Below are positions 16,946 through 24,871 of a DNA stretch of 64,000 nt, in pieces. Source of the DNA: an uncultured Coriobacteriales bacterium (GTDB lineage Bacteria > Actinomycetota > Coriobacteriia > Coriobacteriales > UMGS124); the NCBI GenBank assembly GCA_934636245.1, contig CAKUAI010000004.1:131923-195922 (forward strand). Reading direction: 5' to 3'. The stretch's first letter is position 1. Each line of letters starts with the position of its first letter. Both the position numbers and the translations under genes were made by a program. Under the pieces are notes generated by a model. The model did not search any database and was not told the DNA's origin. It saw nothing but the letters and a program-made list of their open reading frames with translations.

Positions 16946-17344
16946 TTAGTGCATGTTGAAGATCATCTTAAAGGTGCCGATCTGAATCGTCGAGCCGTTG
17001 AAGAGCTCGCTCGAAGAAACGATGGCGGCGTCGACCCAAGTGCCGTTGAGCGAGCCAAGGTCCTCGATGATGGCACGGCCGCCCTGAATGCTCAGGTGGG
17101 CATGGCGACGCGACACGGTGCGGTCGTTGAGGAAGACCTCGCAGTTCGGGTCGCGGCCGATGGTGACCTCGGGGATGTCGAGGATGAAGCGCTCACCGGT
17201 GGAAGGGCCGCGCACGATGGTGAGTTCGGCCAGACCGGAATCCTGGGAGCTCATGTCAATGTTGGGAAGGGTGATGTCGGGCATGAGGTTGAACGACTGG
17301 GTCTGGCCCATGGTGCCCGTCAGGTTGTTCATGTTCTCGTTCAT
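16946..17344 (-). CDS. FHA-domain protein (GarA/OdhI-like)
   Basis: The start is re-called to the ATG at 17344 (MNENMNNLTGTMGQTQSF...), with GAGGGG upstream. The ORF-track start at 17470 overlaps the preceding gene. FHA signature IGRDPNCEVFLNDRTVSRRHAHL...GSLNGTWV. Confidence 0.85.
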   Translation of the reverse strand: MNENMNNLTGTMGQTQSFNLMPDITLPNIDMSSQDSGLAELTIVRGPSTGERFILDIPEVTIGRDPNCEVFLNDRTVSRRHAHLSIQGGRAIIEDLGSLNGTWVDAAIVSSSELFNGSTIQIGTFKMIFNMH

Positions 17345-17387
17345 AGTAACCCCTCGTGTGTCGTGGGTTCGTTGTATGACTAACAGT

Positions 17388-18581
17388 TTAATAGAAGAGC
17401 TGCGATACAAGCGGGCCAAAGGCATGCGACTCAAAAAGAACCGCTTCGCCCTTCTCAGTGCGAACGGCACCCGTGGAGCCGGCGCTGTCCTGCCAGGAGA
17501 TGGTGGAGGTGACTTCGCCAGGCTCGAGCATGCCGGCGTCGCTTTCGCTTACCGAGACGGAGCGCGAGGCGTTGTCGCGAAACAGCACAAGGCCGTTTGC
17601 ACCGTAGCCGACCGACCAGCTCGCGTTTTCGGCAAAAGGGGCATACAGGGTGACGGACGTTGCACCGACTCCCTGCAGCTCAGGATAGTGACCGAAAGCC
17701 CAATCAAGCAGCGTGCGGGCGTCTGACCAGCGCCCCTCGCTCTCCTCGCATCCCAAGACGCTGATGAACAGGGTCTTGGAGCCTAAGGTCGCGCGGCCCA
17801 CGAAGCAATTGCCTGCGTTGTAGGTGAAGCCCGTCTTGATGCCGCGCATGCCGGGGTACGAGTTGCCCAGGGCATCGGTCGACTCCAGCGTCTTGGACTC
17901 GCCCCCCACCTGAACCGTCGTGTAGGCCGAGCCCACGATAGAGCTGAAAAGGGGGATCTGCACAGCGTGGCGCGCAAGCGTGATGAGGTCGAGCGGGGTG
18001 GAATGGTGCCCGTCCTCGTCGAGGCCGTGGGGGTTGACGTAGTGGGTGCCCGCAAGGCCAAGTTCTGCGGCCTTGCTGTTCATCATCTCGACGAAGTTGG
18101 TGACCGAGCCGCCCACGCATTCGGCAATGCACGCCGCCGCGTCGTTGCCCGAGTAGACGAGCAGGCCGTGAAGCAGCTCGTTGAGCGTTGTCTGGTCGCC
18201 GGGGTCATAGCCGACAACCTGGCCGTATACGGTCTTGACGATGTCGGAGACGGTGTAGACAGTATCGAGCGAAACGCCGCTTTCCAGCGCGACGACGGCC
18301 GTCATGATCTTCGTCGTCGAGGCCATGGCCATGGAGACGTCGCCGTTGAGCGAGAAAAGGACGTTTCCATCTTCATCAGCCACGGCAGCCTCGCTGGCGA
18401 ACTGCAAGGCAGGATAGTCGTCACCGAAGGCGGACCAACGGTTGGTGTCGGCATGGGCGGGGGCGGCATGGAAGGCACCGGCGGCGGTAAGGCACGCAAG
18501 TGCGCCTAAGCCCAAGAAATCCCTGCGCGAGAGAGGCATGGCGATGCGCGGACTAGGCTGCATCGTTGGACTGTTCAGCAT
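17388..18581 (-). CDS. D-alanyl-D-alanine carboxypeptidase (S11 family low-MW PBP)
   Basis: GAGGAG lies 8 nt before the ATG at 18581. Twin-arginine signal (SRRDFLGLGALACLTAAGA) and the motifs SxxK (ASTTKIM), SGN (YSGND) and KTG (IKTGFT). Confidence 0.87.
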   Translation of the reverse strand: MLNSPTMQPSPRIAMPLSRRDFLGLGALACLTAAGAFHAAPAHADTNRWSAFGDDYPALQFASEAAVADEDGNVLFSLNGDVSMAMASTTKIMTAVVALESGVSLDTVYTVSDIVKTVYGQVVGYDPGDQTTLNELLHGLLVYSGNDAAACIAECVGGSVTNFVEMMNSKAAELGLAGTHYVNPHGLDEDGHHSTPLDLITLARHAVQIPLFSSIVGSAYTTVQVGGESKTLESTDALGNSYPGMRGIKTGFTYNAGNCFVGRATLGSKTLFISVLGCEESEGRWSDARTLLDWAFGHYPELQGVGATSVTLYAPFAENASWSVGYGANGLVLFRDNASRSVSVSESDAGMLEPGEVTSTISWQDSAGSTGAVRTEKGEAVLFESHAFGPLVSQLFY

Positions 18582-19245
18582 CAGGATCGCTCCTCAGGAT
18601 ACGCACGCCCCTCACGACATAGATGAGGGCGGCCGCGACGGAAAGAATGCAACCGACATAGACAAGCCAGATTCCTATGCTCGTCGTGGCGGCTCCAAAG
18701 CCGGGAAGGAAAGAGCATTCGAAAAGGTTGAGACCGGGCATCGGGAAAAGGTCGAAGAGCAGTACGGAGAAGCCTGCCATGAGAATGAACGTACAGGCCT
18801 TGCCGGTGTAGCATACGTCGGGAATGCGGCCATGCGTCTTCATAAGAACGGCTCCGCCCACAAACAGCAGCGCGTCACGCGTTACCAGGTAGCAAACGGT
18901 CCAGGCGGGGATGCGGGAGGTAACGAGCAGGGCGATGACGCCGCTGAAGATGAGGACGCGGTCCATCACCGGGTCGAAGCGTTTGCCGAAGAGGCTCACC
19001 TGCTTGAGGCGGCGTGCGAGCTTGCCGTCGACCCAGTCGGTGCAGGCCGCAATGATGAAGAGCACCACAGCAAGGGTGTGATACTGCTCCTGAGGATAGA
19101 GCACCAGGAAACAGGCGGTGAGCACAAGACGGCACAACGTGATGAGGTTGGGAATCGTTGCCAGCGTATGTAGGGGATTGTCGGGTGTACCGGGTTCTGC
19201 CGTTGGGTCGACAAGGCCCAAACCCCGTGTGCGATCTTTTGACAT
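18553..19245 (-). CDS. CDP-alcohol phosphatidyltransferase (PgsA2-like; substrate not assignable)
   Basis: Signature DWVDGKLARRLKQVSLFGKRFDPVMDRV (D-x2-DG-x2-AR-x8-G-x3-D-x3-D) and multiple TM helices. GGGGAGAG RBS. Confidence 0.85.
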   Translation of the reverse strand: MSKDRTRGLGLVDPTAEPGTPDNPLHTLATIPNLITLCRLVLTACFLVLYPQEQYHTLAVVLFIIAACTDWVDGKLARRLKQVSLFGKRFDPVMDRVLIFSGVIALLVTSRIPAWTVCYLVTRDALLFVGGAVLMKTHGRIPDVCYTGKACTFILMAGFSVLLFDLFPMPGLNLFECSFLPGFGAATTSIGIWLVYVGCILSVAAALIYVVRGVRILRSDPDAEQSNDAA

Positions 19246-19467
19246 ACTGCTCTCCCCTGCTTATGCCTGGTAAAAATTCTTGGGATGCATTATACGAAAG
19301 CACCCTGCCCCTTTGGGCGGGAACAATGCCGCCCTACGAAGTCAACGTGGGGGAAAAATAGTATTCTACCTGCGTTGGTGTACACATCCGTATACCAACC
19401 TTACGGTAGTGTCATACGCGGTCTACAGGCTTCCCACATTGGCTGTCGATGAAAGTGAGGTCTTGAA

Positions 19468-19504
19468 CCAAAAAAGCCTGGGACTTCAAGAAGTCCCAGG
19501 CTTT
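19468..19504 (-). terminator. Intrinsic terminator downstream of tRNA-Pro
   Basis: 14-bp stem AAAGCCTGGGACTT (19473-19486) / AAGTCCCAGGCTTT (19491-19504) with a 4-nt loop. TTTTTTGG follows on the minus strand. Confidence 0.65.
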
Positions 19505-19513
19505 AAGTAATCA

Positions 19514-19590
<77 letters not shown>

Positions 19591-19608
19591 TGCTCAAGTG
19601 CGTAGGTA

Positions 19609-19638
19609 ACTATATGTCATCTCTCCTTGGTTGGGCAA
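19609..19638 (-). promoter_or_regulatory. Candidate promoter of tRNA-Pro
   Basis: On the minus strand: TTGCCC (19638-19633), an 18-nt spacer, then TATAGT (19614-19609). The -10 ends about 18 nt before the tRNA 5' end. Confidence 0.35.
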
Positions 19639-19707
19639 GGAAAAGCTTGCAATGTACCTGTTATCCACATTTTTGACACAAGATGTCAGAGAAGTGCATT
19701 GAAACGC

Positions 19708-20487
19708 TTATTCGTCGGATGGCTCTTGCGCCTGTGCGACGACCTCTTTAGCGACACGCAAAGAAAGCCCTGTAGCGAAGCCGCGGCCCATGAGAAAACG
19801 AGCGATCTTCTCTGTCGGGTTCTTGCTCGGTATCGCTCGCCTGCTGGCAGCGGCTACCGCTCGCTCGTATTCCCGATCTTGCGTGAGGCTGTCTTGGGCT
19901 TCTTCACCGGCGTCTTCCAGCGAGAGGCCGAACCGTTCCAGTTCGCGAGATATGCGAGCCTTGCCCCAGCCGGCCCTGGTCTTGGAATTGACAAAGGCCT
20001 GCGCATAGCGGGTGTCGCTGATCACGCCGCAGCGCTTGGCCTTGTCCACCGCGACCTGCGATGCCTCTGTAGGGTACCCCTCTTGCACGAGCAAGTTGAG
20101 CACGTCTTTGCCGGGGCGTTCCCTTGCGCTCAGCTTGGAACAGGCGCGCTCGAAGGCGGCCTGCTCCAAGGCCGTGCGGGCATATGCCTCGAAATCAGCC
20201 ACGTCTTCAAAGGCTTGACGACCTGAGGCAAACACCCGCCGTGCGCTCGCGGGGATTTCCAGGGCATGGGTGGCCGTCGGGGTGGCGGCATCACCGTCGT
20301 GCGCCTCGTCGGCAAGCAGCTCACAAAGAACGCGCCTGCCTTTGCATGAGGATGAGGCATGTTCTTCCTCTTGCAGGTGCAGGCGCAGGGGCGCCGCCTG
20401 GGTATCCGCGGCACCCCTGCGTTGATGTTGGCGGCGCTCAAGCTCGTCGAGAAGGCATCGCACGCGCTCAACCTCGGTCTGCGCCAT
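19708..20487 (-). CDS. recX: Recombination regulator RecX (with N-terminal extension)
   Basis: It lies directly downstream of recA (29-nt gap). The C-terminal roughly 150 aa show the RecX three-helix repeat pattern (DKAKRCGVISDTRYAQAFVNSK...GWGKARISRELERFGL...IARFLMGRGF). Confidence 0.82.
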   Translation of the reverse strand: MAQTEVERVRCLLDELERRQHQRRGAADTQAAPLRLHLQEEEHASSSCKGRRVLCELLADEAHDGDAATPTATHALEIPASARRVFASGRQAFEDVADFEAYARTALEQAAFERACSKLSARERPGKDVLNLLVQEGYPTEASQVAVDKAKRCGVISDTRYAQAFVNSKTRAGWGKARISRELERFGLSLEDAGEEAQDSLTQDREYERAVAAASRRAIPSKNPTEKIARFLMGRGFATGLSLRVAKEVVAQAQEPSDE

Positions 20488-20516
20488 GGCACACCTGTTT
20501 CAGGTTGAAAGAGAGC

Positions 20517-21593
20517 CTAAGCGTTCTCAACAGGCTCGCCCACAGGGGCGTCCTCGTTGGGAAGCAGGCCGATGGCCACGCGGACCTTGTGGTCGATCTC
20601 GCTGCAGAGCTCGGGATTCTGCTTGAGGAAGTCTTTGGCCGCCTCGCGTCCCTGGCCGATGCGCTCCTGGCCGTAGGTGTACCACGAGCCGGACTTGTTG
20701 ACGATGTTCTCGTCAACGGCCATGTCGAGCACGCAGCCCTCTTTGGAGATGCCCTCTCCGTAGAGGATGTCGAACTCCGCCTGACGGAAAGGCGCAGCCA
20801 CCTTGTTCTTTACGACCTTGACGCGCACGCGGTTGCCGATGACATCGGTGCCCTTCTTGATGCTCTCGACGCGGCGGATCTCCAGGCGCACGGAGGCGAA
20901 AAACTTAAGCGCGCGGCCGCCGGTGGTCGTCTCGGGGTTGCCGAACATGACACCGATCTTCTCGCGCAGCTGGTTGATGAAGATGCACGTGGTCTTGGAC
21001 TTGGAGAGCGAGCCTGCCAGCTTGCGCAAGGCCTGGCTCATGAGGCGAGCCTGAAGGCCCACGGAGCTGTCGCCGATCTCGCCTTCTATTTCGGCGCGGG
21101 GCACAAGAGCGGCGACCGAGTCGATAACGATGACGTCAATGGCACCGGAGCGTACAAGCATGTCGCAGATCTCAAGCGCGTCCTCACCGGTGTCGGGCTG
21201 GGAGATAAGCACTTCGTCGATGTCGACGCCCAGGCGGGCGGCATAGCCCGGGTCGAGGGCGTGCTCGGCGTCGATGAACGCCACGACGCCGCCCATGGCC
21301 TGGGCCTCGGCGAGAATCTCCAGCGACAGCGTTGTCTTGCCGCTAGACTCAGGGCCATAAATCTCAATGATACGGCCGCGCGGAACGCCGCCGATGCCAA
21401 GAGCGGCGTCGAGCGCGAGGGCGCCAGTGGGAATGGACTCCACCGACAGGGCGTCGGCCGCGTCGCCGAACTTCATGATGGATCCCTTGCCGAAGCGCTT
21501 TTCAATCTCGCTCGTCGTGAGCTCGATCATCTTAGTGCGCTCGTCGCCCTCGGTGCGGGCGTGAATCTCCTTGGAGACTGAAGACTTTGCCAT
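20517..21593 (-). CDS. recA: Recombinase RecA
   Basis: Walker [19 protein letters not shown], loop L1/L2 regions, [33 protein letters not shown]. Confidence 0.97.
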   Translation of the reverse strand: MAKSSVSKEIHARTEGDERTKMIELTTSEIEKRFGKGSIMKFGDAADALSVESIPTGALALDAALGIGGVPRGRIIEIYGPESSGKTTLSLEILAEAQAMGGVVAFIDAEHALDPGYAARLGVDIDEVLISQPDTGEDALEICDMLVRSGAIDVIVIDSVAALVPRAEIEGEIGDSSVGLQARLMSQALRKLAGSLSKSKTTCIFINQLREKIGVMFGNPETTTGGRALKFFASVRLEIRRVESIKKGTDVIGNRVRVKVVKNKVAAPFRQAEFDILYGEGISKEGCVLDMAVDENIVNKSGSWYTYGQERIGQGREAAKDFLKQNPELCSEIDHKVRVAIGLLPNEDAPVGEPVENA

Positions 21594-21754
21594 GTCGCTT
21601 CCTTCTCGTTATGGGCTGTGCGGGATGCACTCCCGTTCGTCGCCACGCAATTCTGCCACGCATCGCTGGCAGGTTCCATCATGGCGACAAGTTTTTGGTC
21701 ACGTGCGGGCGTGACAATCCTGTGACGTATGTGACGCGCTGGACGTGCGGTTTT

Positions 21755-22936
21755 TTAGCTGGCGTCCTTGCTCATGTGCTCCATGAGCATTTCGAGGGCC
21801 TTGTCCACGGCTTGCGCGCGCACCTGGGCGCGAGAACCCTCGAAGATGCAACGCTGGCTTGTCACTGTGCCGTCGGGGCAGGCCAAACCTAGGCAGACGC
21901 AGCCCAGAGGAGCCTGCGGAGTTGCCCCGCCGGGTCCGGCGACACCGGTCGTGCTGAGGGCGTAGTCGGTACCCAGGCGATTCTTGGCCCCAAGGGCCAT
22001 GGCACGTGCCGTCTCTTCGGAAACGACACCGTCGCGCTCCACCTGGTTGGGGTCAAGGCCCAAAGCGCGGACCTTCTCATCTACCGTATAGGTGACGGCG
22101 CCGCCGCGCACGACCGACGACGAACCGGGCTGCGAGGTGAGGGCTGCGCAGACAAGACCGCCCGTGCACGATTCGGCTGTGCAGACGCTCATGCCCTTTT
22201 CAGCCAAACCTGCGAGGACCTCTCGTGCAAGCGGATGGTCGCCCTCGACCGTGCCCCAGGCAAAGGCGAGGTCGTTGGGGGCCTTCTCGGCCTTCTCCTC
22301 CCCTTCGGCCTTTGCCGGGGTCGCCGCAAGGAGCGGCCAGGCCTTGGCAAAGTAATCAACCATGGAGGCGATGGTGAAGAAGACCGCCGCGAGCATCAGG
22401 ACCCACGCAAGCACGCGGAACCACGCAAGCGAGGCCACGACGGGCGACACCATGAGGATGAACAGGCAGATGGCAACCATGGTGGTCGCGGTCTTGATCT
22501 TGCCAAGAATGGAGGCCGAGACGACGACGCCGGCCGAGGCCACGAGCATGCGCAGGCCGCTCACGAGCATCTCGCGGGCGACGATCACAATGGGAACCCA
22601 GCTGCCCAAAAGACCCAGCTGCACAAGGCACAGAAGCGCCGCCACGACGAGGATCTTGTCGGCGATGGGGTCGATGAACTTGCCGAAGACCGTCACCTCG
22701 TTGCGCGAGCGCGCCAGGTAGCCGTCGAGCGTGTCGGTCAGGCAGATAAGTCCGAACACGACAAGCGAGACGACCGCGCGCACGGTGAGGCCTATCGGGT
22801 CAGCCCCGAACAGCCATTGCTCCCAGGGCGCCAGCAGCGCGATGACGAAGACGGGGATGAACAGTATTCGAATGACCGTGACGATGTTGGCCGGCGTCCA
22901 TTCGATGCCGCCATACACCTTGTTAGGCTTGGACAT
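21755..22936 (-). CDS. Fusion protein: CDP-diacylglycerol-glycerol-3-phosphate 3-phosphatidyltransferase (PgsA) N-terminal domain plus CinA/PncC-type nicotinamide-nucleotide amidohydrolase C-terminal domain
   Basis: The start is re-called to the ATG at 22936 (MSKPNKVYGGIEW), 12 nt after the rimO stop. The N-terminal half has DTLDGYLARSRNEVTVFGKFIDPIADKI and about 5 TM helices. The C-terminal half has the CinA_C signature (SVCTAESCTGGLVCAALT...GGAVTYT...STTGVAGPGG). It is a single uninterrupted frame. Confidence 0.85.
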   Translation of the reverse strand: MSKPNKVYGGIEWTPANIVTVIRILFIPVFVIALLAPWEQWLFGADPIGLTVRAVVSLVVFGLICLTDTLDGYLARSRNEVTVFGKFIDPIADKILVVAALLCLVQLGLLGSWVPIVIVAREMLVSGLRMLVASAGVVVSASILGKIKTATTMVAICLFILMVSPVVASLAWFRVLAWVLMLAAVFFTIASMVDYFAKAWPLLAATPAKAEGEEKAEKAPNDLAFAWGTVEGDHPLAREVLAGLAEKGMSVCTAESCTGGLVCAALTSQPGSSSVVRGGAVTYTVDEKVRALGLDPNQVERDGVVSEETARAMALGAKNRLGTDYALSTTGVAGPGGATPQAPLGCVCLGLACPDGTVTSQRCIFEGSRAQVRAQAVDKALEMLMEHMSKDAS

Positions 22937-22947
22937 GCTTGCCTCGC

Positions 22948-24291
22948 TTATCGCACGATGTGACCAAAGAGCTCGTAGCACACCGACTCGTCAATTTGCA
23001 CGTCGACAAATTCGCCCATGGCGACGTCGACGGGCCCGAGATGCACGACGCCGTCGGAGTCGGGCGCCTGGAAGTAGGTGCGGCCGAGGATGTCGACCTG
23101 GCCTTCGTCGCCCTCCTCGTGGGCGTCGACGAGCACGCGGACAACCTCGCCCACATGCCTGGCTGCGCTGGCAAAGCCGTACGTCTCGGCGATGTCGACC
23201 ATCTGCTGCTCGCGGTCGTGCTTGACGTCCTCATCGACCTGGTCGGCCATGCCGGCCGCCTCGGTACCGTCCTCCTGCGAGTAGGCAAAGACGGAGCAGT
23301 AGTCGAATTCGGCCTTCTCAATGAAGTCGACAAGCTCTTCGAACTGCTCCTCGGTCTCACCGGGGAAGCCGACAAGAGCGGTCGTGCGCAGCGTGATGCC
23401 GGGCACTTCGCGGCGCAGGCGCGCGACCATCTCGAGGAACTCGGAGGTGCAGCCGGTGCGGTTCATGTTCTTGAGAACCTCGGCATTGCTGTGCTGCAGC
23501 GGAATGTCGATGTACTTGACGACCTCAGGGGTGTCGCGAATGGCCGCGACGAGCTCGTCGGTAAGGCCCTCGGGCTGCAGGTAAAGCACGCGCACCCAAC
23601 CGCCGTAGGGGCGCACCTCCTGGGCGACGGCTTGCAAAAGCCATGCCAGGTTGTGGTCGCCGGGCAGGTCCTGGCCCCAAATGCCGGTGTCCTGACCGAT
23701 GAGGACAATCTCGCGCACGCCGCCTTCGAGCAGATGGCGCACCTCGGAGAGGATGACATCTGCCTCACGCGAGAAGTAGCGACCGCGAATGTAAGGGATG
23801 GCGCAGAAGGAGCAGAACCTGTCGCAGCCATCGGAGATCTTCACATAGGCGAAGGCGGCCTGAACCGTACGAACGACCTCGGGGGCCGCCTGGGTGCGCT
23901 CCTCCACACCAAGCACGCGCTTGAGGACCGAGCAGATCTCGTCTTCGCGCTTGCAGGGGACGAAGGCCGCCACATCGGGCATCTCGTGTTCGATCTCGTC
24001 GCCGTAGCGGGCGGGGATGCAGCCGGCCATGACGATGGGGCAGGTAATGCCGTCCTCAAGCTTCTCCGCCACGAGGGAGAGTGTCGTCTCGATGCCCTCC
24101 TCCACGGCACTCATGAGAAATGAGCACGTGTTGACGATGATGACGTCGGCGTTGTCCGGGTCGTCGATAACCTCGAGCTGGATGTCAGCGTCGACGAGCG
24201 CCCTCATGCGGTCGCTGTCGACCTCGTTCTTGGCGCAACCCAGCGTGATGAAAGCGACGTTTTTGGTGGTGTTGGTTTGCATATGTTGCAT
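22948..24291 (-). CDS. rimO: Ribosomal protein S12 methylthiotransferase RimO
   Basis: The start is re-called to the ATG at 24291 (MQHMQTNTTKNVAFITLGCAKNEVDS), with GGAAGG upstream. The ORF-track start at 24423 overlaps yajQ. Radical-SAM CDRFCSFCAIP and a C-terminal TRAM domain. Confidence 0.9.
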   Translation of the reverse strand: MQHMQTNTTKNVAFITLGCAKNEVDSDRMRALVDADIQLEVIDDPDNADVIIVNTCSFLMSAVEEGIETTLSLVAEKLEDGITCPIVMAGCIPARYGDEIEHEMPDVAAFVPCKREDEICSVLKRVLGVEERTQAAPEVVRTVQAAFAYVKISDGCDRFCSFCAIPYIRGRYFSREADVILSEVRHLLEGGVREIVLIGQDTGIWGQDLPGDHNLAWLLQAVAQEVRPYGGWVRVLYLQPEGLTDELVAAIRDTPEVVKYIDIPLQHSNAEVLKNMNRTGCTSEFLEMVARLRREVPGITLRTTALVGFPGETEEQFEELVDFIEKAEFDYCSVFAYSQEDGTEAAGMADQVDEDVKHDREQQMVDIAETYGFASAARHVGEVVRVLVDAHEEGDEGQVDILGRTYFQAPDSDGVVHLGPVDVAMGEFVDVQIDESVCYELFGHIVR

Positions 24292-24307
24292 GGCCTTCCG
24301 GCGACTC

Positions 24308-24808
24308 TTAGCGATAGTTGGTGAACTGGAGGGGCTGGCCGTAATCCTGCTCGCGCAGGAAGGCGATGACAGCCTGAAGGGCGTCCTTGCTCGGCGAGGA
24401 AACCTTGAGCTTGTCACCCTCAACGGTCACCTTTACCTTGAATTTCGCGTCGCGCACGTCCTTGCTGATCTTCTTGGCGAGTTCCTGCTCGATGCCCTGC
24501 ACCACGGTGCCGATGACGCGCACGGTGCCGGCGCTGGCGGGCTGGGGGTCGGCAAAGGAAACGGAGGACAGGTCGACCTTGCGGCGGACGAGGCGCGTCT
24601 GGAAGACGTCGATGACCTGCGAGGCCACGAACTCAGAGGGTGCCTGCACGGTCACAATGCCCTTGGCCTTGTCAAGCTCGATGGTGGCGTGGGAGTCCTT
24701 GAGGTCGTAGCGCTGTACGAGCTCCTTGGTTGTCTGCTGGTAGGCGTTGTCGACCTCCTGCATGTCGACTTCGGAAACGACGTCGAAGCTGCTGTCTTTG
24801 GATGCCAT
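24308..24808 (-). CDS. yajQ: YajQ-family nucleotide-binding protein (UPF0234)
   Basis: 166 aa. MASKDSSFDVVSEVDMQEVDNAYQQTTKELVQRYDLKDS... matches the YajQ family pattern along its full length. Confidence 0.88.
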   Translation of the reverse strand: MASKDSSFDVVSEVDMQEVDNAYQQTTKELVQRYDLKDSHATIELDKAKGIVTVQAPSEFVASQVIDVFQTRLVRRKVDLSSVSFADPQPASAGTVRVIGTVVQGIEQELAKKISKDVRDAKFKVKVTVEGDKLKVSSPSKDALQAVIAFLREQDYGQPLQFTNYR

Positions 24809-24871
24809 GTGTCTCTCCTTGTTTCAGGGGGCCATGCGCCCCAATCGGTCAATCAATAGGATGCAAAGGCG

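Noticed and set aside
21625-21640. LexA box upstream of recA.
   Set aside because: The minus-strand ACGAACGGGAGTGCAT has about 4 mismatches to TCGAAC-N4-GTTCGA, and only the left half-site is intact. It is reported as a finding about the absence of a canonical box rather than as a feature.
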